From contig CAVOKF010000004.1 in NCBI GenBank assembly GCA_963696385.1, forward strand, positions 608,001 through 672,000: a DNA stretch of 64,000 nucleotides, given 5' to 3'. The DNA is from an uncultured delta proteobacterium (lineage in GTDB: Bacteria; Myxococcota_A; Polyangia; Polyangiales; Polyangiaceae). The position numbers and the translations under genes are program-made. Below, piece by piece: positions 8,191-18,694 of this stretch; position 1 is the stretch's first letter, and each line of letters begins with the position of its first letter. Below the pieces are notes generated by a model, which had not been told where the DNA came from, ran no database searches, and worked only from the letters and a program-made list of their open reading frames with translations.

Positions 8191-10848
8191 ATGTCGTGGT
8201 TCGTCGCGCTCGAAGCGCTCGCGCAGCGCCGTGGCGGCGACGACGCTCGCACGATTGGCGGCAAGGCGGCGCGCCTCGTGTGGCTCGAGCGTCACGGATT
8301 CGAAGTCCCTACCGCGGTCGTTCTTCCGGCGGAAGCGTTCGCCCAAGCCATTCGCCAGCTACCGGCGGGTAACGAGCCAAAGTCGCTGCTTCGCGCTGCG
8401 ACGGGGCGGACAGGGCAACTGCGCGCGGCCGAGGCTCGGCAACAGATTCTGACCGTACCCTTTCCCAAAGGTCTTGAAGGGGAGCTGTCGGCGCTTTGGA
8501 CCGCGTTAGGCACACGAGCGCCATGGGGATTGGCCGTGCGATCGAGCGCAACCTGCGAGGACGGGGACCTCGTCTCGATGGCGGGGCTGGCCGACAGCGT
8601 TCTCGGCGTGCAATCGGGCGAAGCGCTGGCCACCGCCGTACGACAGGTGTGGTCGTCGATAGCGAGTGGACGCGCGCTCGCGTACCTCGCGGCCCACGGC
8701 GTGCGCGATGTCGGCATGGGCCTCGTGGTTCAAAGAATGGTCGAAGCGCGGGCCGCGGGCGTGATGTTCACGCGCGCGCCCGATGCTCGCGCCCGAGACC
8801 CCGTCGGGGCGGACGAGCGGATCGTCAACGTGGGATTCGGTCTGGGAGCGCCCGTCGTCAATGGCGTTACCACGCCTGACGTCCTTCGGATCGATTCGCA
8901 GGGGCGACTCACTGCTGCGCTCATCGCGCACAAGGCGCGGGCGACCGTCGTGCGCGACGGTCGCGTTCAGGAAATCGACGTGGAAGCCCCGGATGCGCCG
9001 GCCCTTGGGCCAGAGCGCATCGCACAGCTCGCGCGCCTCGCGGATCGACTCGAGAAACTCGAGCCGGTTGCCTGGGACGTGGAGTTCGCATGCGACGAAG
9101 ATCGCACCTGGATCGTTCAGGCCCGTCCGGCGACCGGCAGGGGATACCCCGAAGGCGGCCATGCCGACACGGTCTGGAGCAATGTCAACGTGGGCGAGGC
9201 CCTGCCCGGGGTCGCCACACCGTTTACATGGTCGGTGGCCGGCGCGTTCAGCGAGGCCGGGTTCCGCCGCGCATTTGCCGCACTGGGGTGCCGCGTTCCG
9301 AAGAACGCCCGTCTCGTCGCCAACGTCCATGGACGGTTCTACCTAAACCTCACTCATTTCATGCGCATCGCCGCGCAAGTGCCTTTTCTCGACCCGCGTA
9401 TGTTGGTCGAGCTCGGTGGGGGTGGCGGCGCCGACGAACTTGCGACCCAAGTAAGAGGCGTGAGCCGCCGGAGCTTCTACCTGCGCCTGCCGCTCACGGC
9501 ATCGCGACTGCTGCGCGAACAAATGCGACTCCACGATGACGTCACGTCGTTCGAAGCGTTCGCCGAGCGGCAATGGCGCGCCCAGAGCGCGCTCGATTTG
9601 GCAATTTTGCCGGACGAGGGGGTCGCCCGGCGCCTGCGCGACATCCAGGCGCTCCTCGAGCGGACGGGCACGATCATGCTCACGTGCGCGTCGAATACGC
9701 TGGGGACGCACCTGGTGCTCAAAGTCGTCCTTGACCGTATCGCACCGATCGACGCCGATCGACTGGCACAGTCGCTCACGAGCGGGATCCGCGATCTGGA
9801 GAGCGCTCGCCCGGGCATCGGAATCATGCACGTGGCCGCACTCGCTCTTCGCGAACCGGAGGCCCGCGCGGTCATTGAGCGTGAGTCGACCACCGGGGTC
9901 GACGCCGTTCCGGAGGGAGCCACCCGCCGCGCGCTGCAGAGCTTTCTCGAACTGTATGGCGACCGCGCGGTGCGGGAGGTCGAACTGTCGACACCCCGGT
10001 GGAAAGAAGATCCGCGCCCGGTTCTGAGGCTGCTTCGCGCCGCGCTACGCACGGACGCCGAGCGGGTCGAGAGCACGGTCGCCCGGACCAAGGCCCAAGC
10101 CGGAGCCGAGATGGAGAAGCTCGTTTCGACGCTGAACATCGCCCAACAGACCCTCGTTCGCCATCTGGTCGCTCGCGCACAGCGCGCGGCTCGCCTGCGG
10201 GAGCGGATGCGCACTTGGGTGACCCGCGTTCTCGGAATGCTGCGCGATGCCGCGCTCGACGCGGATCGCCGTCTGCTGCGGCGCGACCCCGAGCTCGACG
10301 CGGACTGGCGCAAGCTCGTCGAGGCCGGCTCGCCCTTCGCCAGTGTGCCGAGTTCCTTTTTGTTGACCATCGACGAAGTCGTCGGGGCGCTGCGCGCTCC
10401 GCGCGCCGACCTCGTCCTCCTCGTTCGCTCGCGCCGGGCCGAGCTCGCGCGCGATCAGGCGCGGCCGGACCCGCCAGCAACGTTCGTGGGCTCGCCTCCC
10501 CCGGTCGTACTGCCACCGTCGGTCGGACCCGTCTTGCGCGGGCTGCCTGCCAGCCCGGGGGTGGTGGAAGGCAAGGCCCGCGTTCTACTCCGAGAGGATG
10601 AGATGGACGAGCTTCAGCCGGGTGAAATCCTGGTTGTGCATACGACCGACGTGGGGTGGACACCGCTTTTTCTCGTGGCTGCCGGGGTGGTCACGGAGCT
10701 CGGTGGCCCGCTGTCGCACGCGGCGGTGGTTGCGCGCGAGTTCGGGGTTCCAAGCGTGGTCAACGTCGTCGGGGCGACGCGCGCGATTCGGGTCGGCGAC
10801 GTCCTTCGGGTCGATGGCGACCGAGGCACGGTCGAGCAACTGCGATGA
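8191..10848 (+). CDS. PEP-synthase-like / rifampin-phosphotransferase-like enzyme
   Basis: N-terminal ATP-grasp (IGGKA, AVRSSA..ED, SMAG, DVEF, QARP), large central domain, C-terminal His swivel (TDVGWTPLF, GGPLSHAAVVAREFG). Confidence 0.85.
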   Translation: MSWFVALEALAQRRGGDDARTIGGKAARLVWLERHGFEVPTAVVLPAEAFAQAIRQLPAGNEPKSLLRAATGRTGQLRAAEARQQILTVPFPKGLEGELSALWTALGTRAPWGLAVRSSATCEDGDLVSMAGLADSVLGVQSGEALATAVRQVWSSIASGRALAYLAAHGVRDVGMGLVVQRMVEARAAGVMFTRAPDARARDPVGADERIVNVGFGLGAPVVNGVTTPDVLRIDSQGRLTAALIAHKARATVVRDGRVQEIDVEAPDAPALGPERIAQLARLADRLEKLEPVAWDVEFACDEDRTWIVQARPATGRGYPEGGHADTVWSNVNVGEALPGVATPFTWSVAGAFSEAGFRRAFAALGCRVPKNARLVANVHGRFYLNLTHFMRIAAQVPFLDPRMLVELGGGGGADELATQVRGVSRRSFYLRLPLTASRLLREQMRLHDDVTSFEAFAERQWRAQSALDLAILPDEGVARRLRDIQALLERTGTIMLTCASNTLGTHLVLKVVLDRIAPIDADRLAQSLTSGIRDLESARPGIGIMHVAALALREPEARAVIERESTTGVDAVPEGATRRALQSFLELYGDRAVREVELSTPRWKEDPRPVLRLLRAALRTDAERVESTVARTKAQAGAEMEKLVSTLNIAQQTLVRHLVARAQRAARLRERMRTWVTRVLGMLRDAALDADRRLLRRDPELDADWRKLVEAGSPFASVPSSFLLTIDEVVGALRAPRADLVLLVRSRRAELARDQARPDPPATFVGSPPPVVLPPSVGPVLRGLPASPGVVEGKARVLLREDEMDELQPGEILVVHTTDVGWTPLFLVAAGVVTELGGPLSHAAVVAREFGVPSVVNVVGATRAIRVGDVLRVDGDRGTVEQLR

Positions 10849-10878
10849 TCGTGAGCGCACGCTGGCGCGAGGCCGGCT

Positions 10879-11838
<960 letters not shown>

Positions 11839-12378
11839 GGGCGCGCGCCGACCAGCCGCGTCGATCGATCGACATGGGCCGTGTCTTCGATGCGGGAAGC
11901 GCGCCGGAAATCGACATTTCGCCCGCGCCGCCGGACCCGCGACCGATGGCCGAACGGTTCCAGTGGGTTTTCGATCTGCGCTGGGATCGCGGGGACGTCT
12001 GGTTGCTCGGGATTCGCACGATGGACCTTCTCAGTCCGCAACCGACGCCCCGGGTGATGGGGCGTTTTGCGCTCGAGCTCTTCGAGGGTCCGACACTCGT
12101 CGAGCGAGTCCGCTTCGACTTCCCGCTGCTTGCGTTGCCCGACGCGAGCGATGCCGGAGCGGCTCAAGGTCCCGCACTCACGCCGAAACTGCGCACACGC
12201 ATCGGAGTTGTCTTTCCCGCGACCTCGCGGGGCACTCGCTTGGACCTTTTGGACCGAGCGACGGGACGTCGTTGGTCGTTGCCGTGGCCCATCGCCGCCA
12301 CTGAACACCCGGCCCCAGCCACGCGGCCCTCGCAGTCTCGAGTGAACGGCACGAGCCCTTGACCTAAGATATCTCCCG

Positions 12379-14079
12379 ATGAAGTGCTCTTCGTGTCAGA
12401 GCCCGATCGACGGATCGCAGCGCTTTTGCCCGTCGTGCGGCGCTACGGTGACCGGATCGTCGCCGGGCGGAACCTCCGGCGCCCCGTTGATTGGGCAGAA
12501 CCTGGGTGGCAAGTATCGCGTCGTCCGGCTTATCGGTGAGGGGGGAATGGGGGCGGTTTACGAGGGAGAGCAACTGCTCGGCAGCGCGAAGCGCAGGGTC
12601 GCCGTCAAGACACTCCACGCTCACATGTCGCGCGACCCGAACCTGGAAGCCCGCTTCGAACGCGAGGTGGCGACAATCGCAGAGCTCGAGCACCCCAATA
12701 CGATTCAGGTTTACGACTTCGGCTCGACGCCGCAGGGCGTTCTGTACATCGTCATGGAATTCCTGCACGGAGCGAACCTCTCGCAACGTCTTGTCGCTGA
12801 GGGCGCCATGGCTCCAGATCGCGCCACACACGTTCTCGAGCAAGTCTGCGGTTCGCTCGAAGAAGCGCATGGGCGCGGCATCGTCCACCGAGACTTGAAG
12901 CCCGACAACGTCGTTCTTGTGGAACGTGCGGGACAGAAGGACTTCGTGAAAGTGCTCGACTTTGGAATCGCAAAGCGCGCTCGCGAACCGGACGGCAAAG
13001 AGCAGAAGCTCACCGGGCAAGGCATGGTCCTCGGGACGCCGCCGTACATGAGCCCGGAACAGTTCACGGCGCGTCCCATCGACGCGCGCAGCGACATTTA
13101 TTCGCTGGGAGTGCTTGCCTACGAGACGCTCACCGGCAAGCTCCCGTTCAAGGCGGACACGGCGTGGGAGTGGGCCGCGCAACACATGACGCAGCCGCCC
13201 ACTCCGATCGAGTCGCTTGCCGAGGGAGGGCGTGTTCCTTCGTTCATGCGCAGCGCCATCGCGCGGGCGTTGGCCAAGTCGCCCGAAGATCGCTTCCAGA
13301 CGGTGCGCGAATTCATCGACGTGTTCGCCGGAAGGACCGGGGTCGCGCCCGAAGCGGCTGCGGAGACGCCACCCCGCCCGAGGACAGAGCTGAGCTCGCC
13401 CCTCGACGTCGCCGCGGCCATCCGCCCATCCGCCGTGATGTACACGCCCACGAGCGGCAATATGTCACTTTCGACGCCCGTGCGAGTTCCCGTGCTGGAA
13501 CCCCCCGCCGAGCCATCCGCGAAGGGGAGTGGGGGCCGCGCGACGCTGTTGGCCGCGGCGGCCGTTGTGGGCGTCGCCAGTTTTGCGGCGATTGCTTACG
13601 CGGTCCACGCAGGCGTCGGTCACGGCAACGCCCCCGTCGTTCTCCGCGACGACCCCTCGTCGACTGTGCCCGCGACATCCATTGCGCCCGCTGCGCTGAC
13701 GCCGGATACGCCCCCAAGTGCGGATAACGGGGCGGACATCCCGCCTCTCAGCCACGGCGGAGGAGCGCCGCAACCACATGCGACCGCCCACTCGACGCCG
13801 ATTCCGTCGTCCGTCCCGCGCGCCGAGCCGGGGGCATCCGTGGTCGCGGGCGCATCGGTCGCCACGCCTATGGCTCCCGCGACGCTCGCTGTCCCGTCGG
13901 CCCCCCAGCCGCCGCCGGCGGCCGCCCCACCGACGCCGGCGTTGCGCACACCGGCTTTGCCGTCGGGTCGATACGACGGCCCCGAGTGCCAGAAAGCTCG
14001 TGTGCTCAAGGGTTTTGGTCGGCACAAGGAGGCACAGAGCTGGACGCTCGCCTGTCTCGCGAAAGGTGGCATTCCCTAA
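12379..14079 (+). CDS. Membrane Ser/Thr protein kinase (Zn-ribbon, kinase, TM helix, Pro-rich tail)
   Basis: CSSC..CPSC; GEGGMG, VAVK, HRDLKPDN, DFG, GTPPYMSPEQ; hydrophobic TM segment. Confidence 0.95.
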   Translation: MKCSSCQSPIDGSQRFCPSCGATVTGSSPGGTSGAPLIGQNLGGKYRVVRLIGEGGMGAVYEGEQLLGSAKRRVAVKTLHAHMSRDPNLEARFEREVATIAELEHPNTIQVYDFGSTPQGVLYIVMEFLHGANLSQRLVAEGAMAPDRATHVLEQVCGSLEEAHGRGIVHRDLKPDNVVLVERAGQKDFVKVLDFGIAKRAREPDGKEQKLTGQGMVLGTPPYMSPEQFTARPIDARSDIYSLGVLAYETLTGKLPFKADTAWEWAAQHMTQPPTPIESLAEGGRVPSFMRSAIARALAKSPEDRFQTVREFIDVFAGRTGVAPEAAAETPPRPRTELSSPLDVAAAIRPSAVMYTPTSGNMSLSTPVRVPVLEPPAEPSAKGSGGRATLLAAAAVVGVASFAAIAYAVHAGVGHGNAPVVLRDDPSSTVPATSIAPAALTPDTPPSADNGADIPPLSHGGGAPQPHATAHSTPIPSSVPRAEPGASVVAGASVATPMAPATLAVPSAPQPPPAAAPPTPALRTPALPSGRYDGPECQKARVLKGFGRHKEAQSWTLACLAKGGIP

Positions 14080-14095
14080 CCAATTCGCGGGAGAG

Positions 14096-14130
14096 CTCGG
14101 CAGCTCGAGAAAACTCGGCCGCTCGAGAAA
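14096..14130. repeat. 17-bp direct repeat, possible operator
   Basis: CTCGGCAGCTCGAGAAA (14096-14112) and CTCGGCCGCTCGAGAAA (14114-14130), 16/17 identical. Confidence 0.6.
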
Positions 14131-14184
14131 GAACGTCGCTGTGACAGCAGTAGACGTCGGGCGAGACGATGCTAGATTGACAGT

Positions 14185-14433
14185 GTGGACGTAGTCCTTC
14201 GAAAGCTCGGAAAGGGCGCGCGGTCCGTGGCGGGGCGCCTGGTTCGAGCACCTCGCAAGGGCTCGGTGGTCGTGATCGAATTTCCCGACGGTATGCACGA
14301 ATACGTGACCACCCCCGTCAAACGCGTGCTGCGGCTCGCCGGCCGCGAGGTCTTCTACATCGAGACCATAAACAGCCGATATCGCCTCGAAGTTCGAGGA
14401 CGAGAGGCTGCGGCGGTCGAAGGTACCGGCTGA
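14185..14433 (+). CDS. Small hypothetical beta-rich protein, probably leaderless
   Basis: 82-aa ORF with protein-like composition; TGcTAGATT extended -10 ends 6 nt before the GTG. Confidence 0.7.
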   Translation: MDVVLRKLGKGARSVAGRLVRAPRKGSVVVIEFPDGMHEYVTTPVKRVLRLAGREVFYIETINSRYRLEVRGREAAAVEGTG

Positions 14434-14530
14434 GCGGCGCGCCCGACGCCCGCGCGACACGAGCCGATTCGGCGCTCTCTTCCTTCGAAGCGCTTGACGC
14501 TCCATGCAGCGCGGGGTCATCTTGCGCGCA

Positions 14531-14725
14531 GTGGGAAAGCACGACCGACGGAATTCCGGAAAAACGCGGCGCCTCAAGGGGCAGGTCAAGAAGAAGGCCC
14601 GGCTCAAGCGTCAGGCGCAAGAGCGCAAAGCGGCCGCTGGGCCCGGCGCGAAGAAAGCTGCGGCTCCGAAGCGCCCTTCCAAGGCTGCTGCGGCGTCGGC
14701 CATCGCAGAGAAACTCGGATCCTGA
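14531..14725 (+). CDS. Small very basic Lys/Arg/Ala-rich protein
   Basis: GKHDRRNSGKTRRLKGQVKKKARLKRQ...KKAAAPKRPSK; TTGACG -35 at 14494. Confidence 0.65.
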   Translation: MGKHDRRNSGKTRRLKGQVKKKARLKRQAQERKAAAGPGAKKAAAPKRPSKAAAASAIAEKLGS

Positions 14726-14866
14726 TCCCAGCGGTTCGCCGAGCGAGAGGCGCGACGGCCGAGTCGCGTCCCTCGGGGGTCCGTTTCCTGCTTCGCGAGC
14801 ACGTTCGGTTTTCGCTCAGTCAGGCATCGCCGGCGAGCCAGCAGGACTCCTCATGGTGGTTTGGGT

Positions 14867-15361
14867 TTAGTTCGACGTTCCAGCCAAATGGACCGTTGGA
14901 AACTGCGCGGGCGGCTTTGGCCCGGGCGGCTCTTCAAAGACGACGGGCTCTCCAAGGAGACCGATATCGCCATCGACTCGTTGCTCGGCGACCAGCTGCC
15001 ACCCGTTCGTGTCGTGCCAACTCTGCTTCAGCGTCGTGGTCCGTAGTTCCTGCTCTTCCGGCCGGTACCACTCCACGTGGACCAGAACCTCGGCGTCATG
15101 GCTACCCTTCGGATGCAGTCCCTGAAGCTCGACCTCGGCAATGCGGACCTTGGAGCCCCATGCTCGGTGGTGGGCGATGAAGTCCTGCCGCGCGGACGCG
15201 GCCACTTTCTCCGCGGCGAGCTCATTTCTCCCATAGCGGGTGTTCACGTTGAACTCCTGTGCGGTTTCTTGAGCGCGAGCCATCGGGCTCGGCAGCGCAG
15301 AACACCCGGCGACGGGAAACAAAAGCAAAGCGACGAGAGCGGCTTCCGCGAAGATGCGCAT
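14867..15361 (-). CDS. Hypothetical lipoprotein
   Basis: MRIFAEAALVALLLFPVAG-C lipobox, start 15361. Confidence 0.75.
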   Translation of the reverse strand: MRIFAEAALVALLLFPVAGCSALPSPMARAQETAQEFNVNTRYGRNELAAEKVAASARQDFIAHHRAWGSKVRIAEVELQGLHPKGSHDAEVLVHVEWYRPEEQELRTTTLKQSWHDTNGWQLVAEQRVDGDIGLLGEPVVFEEPPGPKPPAQFPTVHLAGTSN

Positions 15362-15503
15362 GGACCTTTCCGCAAAACATGGTGCCACGGGATGGGCCAA
15401 GTTGCTCGTTGCCGAATCTGGGTCGTGATTACCGGGCGGATTTCGGCCATCGACGAGCCATCCGAACGAGGATCGAGAGAGGCGCCGGCGAGCCGGACAC
15501 ATC

Positions 15504-18488
15504 CTAGAAGGGGACCGCGGCCACGAAATACGTCTTGTTGATCCCGCCGCTCGCGAGACCCCGCGCGTAGCCGGTCCGGAACGTAAACCCCAAAATGTAT
15601 CCGAGCGTTAAATCGTACCAGAGCTCACCGCCGACTCCGGTCTTGAATTGGGCGCTGGCCGCGTCGTTGAAAGCGCTGCCGTAATCGACGAACGCCGCGC
15701 CGTTGATTCGATTCAGAAATAGGGGCAGGGTCGATGGGCCTCGATCGACGTTCACGATCGGAAAGCGATACTCGGCGTTGAAGAGCGCGTAATCTTGGCC
15801 CGTCTCCGCGACGACGGGGTAGCCGCGCAGCACGATGCCCCCCTGTACGAGCGAGTTTTGGACGATATTGATCACCGGAAAGTCGACGAATCCACCCACA
15901 TAGAACGGCCCTTCGCCTCCCATGTTGCCCCCGCTCACGCCGCCGCCGACGTGGAGTGCCAAGTTGTGGTGCTGGAGCCATGGGATGGGCAAGTAGGTCG
16001 CGAAATTGAACTGCGCTGCGTAGCCTTGAAATTGGCTGCCGATCGCGGGGTCCGACACGTCGAGCGTCGCCCCGACGTCGAACCCTATCTCGTTGGCCAC
16101 GCTCCACAGATACCCTGTCGCATTCGAATAACTCCACCCGAGGTGGAGTGTGGCGAGCAGGCCGCGCCCCGGAAGGCTCGGTGCATTGTACGGGTTGAGC
16201 AGGTCCAAAGGCAGAGGAAGCTCGCCTGCCACGCGTGTCGCCCCATAGGTCAAATTGAACGACTGAGAATCGTACGCGTGCAGGATCGAATACCCGATTC
16301 CCGTGCTGCCGCCTGCCGCCTCCTGGATCCACGGAACCGTTGTGCCGCCGAGCTGGTAGTTGCTCTGCGGCGTGATTTGCCGGAAGACGGTAACGCCCAA
16401 GTCGAACGGCAGCCGAGTGTAGTCGTAACTGAAACTCCCCTCGAACTCGGGGTGGGACCACTCGGTCGTCAAGCTGGCAGCAAAACTGTGCGTTGCCGCG
16501 ATGTCGCTCCCGGAGATTGAGACGATGCTGGACTCGCCGAAATTTCCGGGTGTGATCTGAACCGAGTAGTTGTGCGGTCGGATCGTAGGCCACGGATTGT
16601 ACGCGTGCGACGGAAACGATTGTGGAGGTGGATCGGCCGGGGGCGCGGGTCGCGTCTCTTCGTAAGGCAGCGCGTCGAGCCACTGGGACTCGTCGAGCGC
16701 CATGACGAAGACATCGTAGCCCGAGTGCGTGTAGCCGACGTATGCGAGCCACTTTCCGTCCGGCGACGGCTCCGGCTGGTATGCGCCATTGATGACGTTG
16801 GTCACCTGCTTGAGCCGGCCCGTCGCGATTTCGTACGCATAAACGTTCGTGACTCCGGTTCGATCGGAGTGAAAGTAAAGCCAGTGTCCGTCCGGCGAGA
16901 ACACGGGGTCGCCGTCGATGGCACGGTCGTGAGTCACTTGCACAAAGGAGCCGTCGAACGTGTCCACGATACGCACGTCCCGGTAGCCCCCTCGTTCCCA
17001 CGACGAATAGGCGAGGTGGCGTCCGTCAGGTGCCCAGCGCGGCGTGAACGCCTGGTCGAATCGTGCGCTCGGCACGAGCACGCGGGCCTTGGCGATCGCG
17101 TGCACTCCCGCCACATCGGGCGATGAGACGGCGTCTGCCAGCATGAGGTAGGTCGTTCCGCGATGGTTCGTGGTGAATGCGACGCGACGACCGTCCGGAG
17201 AGACGCTCGGGTCGATCGCGCGCCACCCATCCGTCCAGCGCACACGTCGTCCCTCCAGCCCGCTCGGGCTCCGTTCGTGAGGGGGAAGCTCGAAGAGATC
17301 GTCGAACAAGAATAAGTTCTCGTGCACCTCGCCCGTGCTGAACACTGCGGCGCCATCCGGCATGAACGACAGTCCCCCGACGCCGTCCATCCGTATGAGC
17401 AGTTCCCGATCCTGTTCGCGCGCGCCCACGACCGCGCCTTGCGGATTGCGGACCAACGGCAACGCCCAATACCCGGGCAGAGTGTGGCCGTCGTCGACGT
17501 AAAATACGAGATCGCCGGCATGACCCGTCCAGGCATTCGAGGGTGCCCAGCGGGGATGTTCGACGGTGTTGCCCGTATGGGTGACTCGAACCCCCTCGCG
17601 CAGTCCCCGCTCGCGAATGGCGTCGACTTCGGCGCCGAACGTGCGCGCCAGCGAAGCGATCCAAGCGGGGAACAATTCTTCGAACGTTCGACCCGTGACC
17701 CGCCGGATCGACCGATTGATGCTGTACGGGATCAGCTGATGCCCGTAGTCATCGATCATCGCGCGGATCGCTTGCTCACCGTACGTTTCGGCGAGCCACT
17801 GCATGAAGAAGGAACCGTATAGGTACCAGATGTTGCCTTGCGGCCACCGGCGTGGTTGATTCGAGAATACGTCGAGCGGGGCGACGTTCGATTCGAGGAT
17901 ATCCGCGCGCATCCACATGTTCCACATGGACGACCGCAGTCGCCCTCCGCTGGTTCGCGCGCTTTCCTCGAAAACCGCGAGCCCTTCGAGAAGCCAGCGG
18001 GGCTGTGCCTGATTCGGCGCGAGCGTCTTGCCGAGGACCCGGTTGACCAGCGCTGGCAGTCCCACGATGTGATCCGTGTGTAGAATGTGGGTGTATTCGT
18101 GCGTAATGAGTTCGAGATACCAGTCGTCGACGTCGCCCAGAGGCGACATATCGTCTGGCGCGGTTACGTAGAGCGTGATGGCATCGTAGGGCAGGGCTGT
18201 CGCCGAGCCGTTTGCGCTATCCGTTTGGTCGGTGATCACCACCTCGGTTCGTTCGCTCGGCGCCCAACCAACCGCTGGCAGCAGCCGCACGTATACCGAT
18301 TCCGCGAGAGTCGCGACGCGCTGCGCGATTTCATCCTCAGTCGAGTAATACGTGATTCGGAAGTGGGGCGTTTCGAGCGACTTCCAAAGCAGCTTCGGAT
18401 CGCCCGTCGCGTTCGCCGTCCGCGCGTGGACAAGCAAAGCAATCGCAGCGAGAGCCGCGGCGAGATAGGCGACGAAGCGACGGAGCAA
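15504..18488 (-). CDS. Omp85/BamA-superfamily outer-membrane protein with N-terminal zinc-peptidase-like domain and PD40/TolB-type propeller
   Basis: Signal peptide; HEYTH + WLLEGLA; SPDG-x-x-L/V-A repeats; LRGY, NAEYRFP, FVDYG barrel motifs; C-terminal Phe. Confidence 0.85.
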   Translation of the reverse strand: MLRRFVAYLAAALAAIALLVHARTANATGDPKLLWKSLETPHFRITYYSTEDEIAQRVATLAESVYVRLLPAVGWAPSERTEVVITDQTDSANGSATALPYDAITLYVTAPDDMSPLGDVDDWYLELITHEYTHILHTDHIVGLPALVNRVLGKTLAPNQAQPRWLLEGLAVFEESARTSGGRLRSSMWNMWMRADILESNVAPLDVFSNQPRRWPQGNIWYLYGSFFMQWLAETYGEQAIRAMIDDYGHQLIPYSINRSIRRVTGRTFEELFPAWIASLARTFGAEVDAIRERGLREGVRVTHTGNTVEHPRWAPSNAWTGHAGDLVFYVDDGHTLPGYWALPLVRNPQGAVVGAREQDRELLIRMDGVGGLSFMPDGAAVFSTGEVHENLFLFDDLFELPPHERSPSGLEGRRVRWTDGWRAIDPSVSPDGRRVAFTTNHRGTTYLMLADAVSSPDVAGVHAIAKARVLVPSARFDQAFTPRWAPDGRHLAYSSWERGGYRDVRIVDTFDGSFVQVTHDRAIDGDPVFSPDGHWLYFHSDRTGVTNVYAYEIATGRLKQVTNVINGAYQPEPSPDGKWLAYVGYTHSGYDVFVMALDESQWLDALPYEETRPAPPADPPPQSFPSHAYNPWPTIRPHNYSVQITPGNFGESSIVSISGSDIAATHSFAASLTTEWSHPEFEGSFSYDYTRLPFDLGVTVFRQITPQSNYQLGGTTVPWIQEAAGGSTGIGYSILHAYDSQSFNLTYGATRVAGELPLPLDLLNPYNAPSLPGRGLLATLHLGWSYSNATGYLWSVANEIGFDVGATLDVSDPAIGSQFQGYAAQFNFATYLPIPWLQHHNLALHVGGGVSGGNMGGEGPFYVGGFVDFPVINIVQNSLVQGGIVLRGYPVVAETGQDYALFNAEYRFPIVNVDRGPSTLPLFLNRINGAAFVDYGSAFNDAASAQFKTGVGGELWYDLTLGYILGFTFRTGYARGLASGGINKTYFVAAVPF

Positions 18489-18694
18489 GTCCCGCTAGAC
18501 TAGAGCACCTTTCCCCGCCGTTGATTAGGCCGTCTTGGGGCCGTCGTGGTTGCCGCCCCCCCCGAGCAGGGCTTGGCCCTCGGGCACCGGGTCAAAGCGA
18601 TCCTGCCGTGAGCCTCGCTCGACACGATCCGCCACGCCGCTCGACCCCGCGGCCAAGCCAACTTACGAATCGATGGATCGGTGCGGCATCGGGC

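Noticed and set aside
15371..15387. sigma54-like TGGCAC...TTGC on the minus strand
   Set aside because: Spacing is GG-N11-GC rather than N10, and it is too close to the start codon
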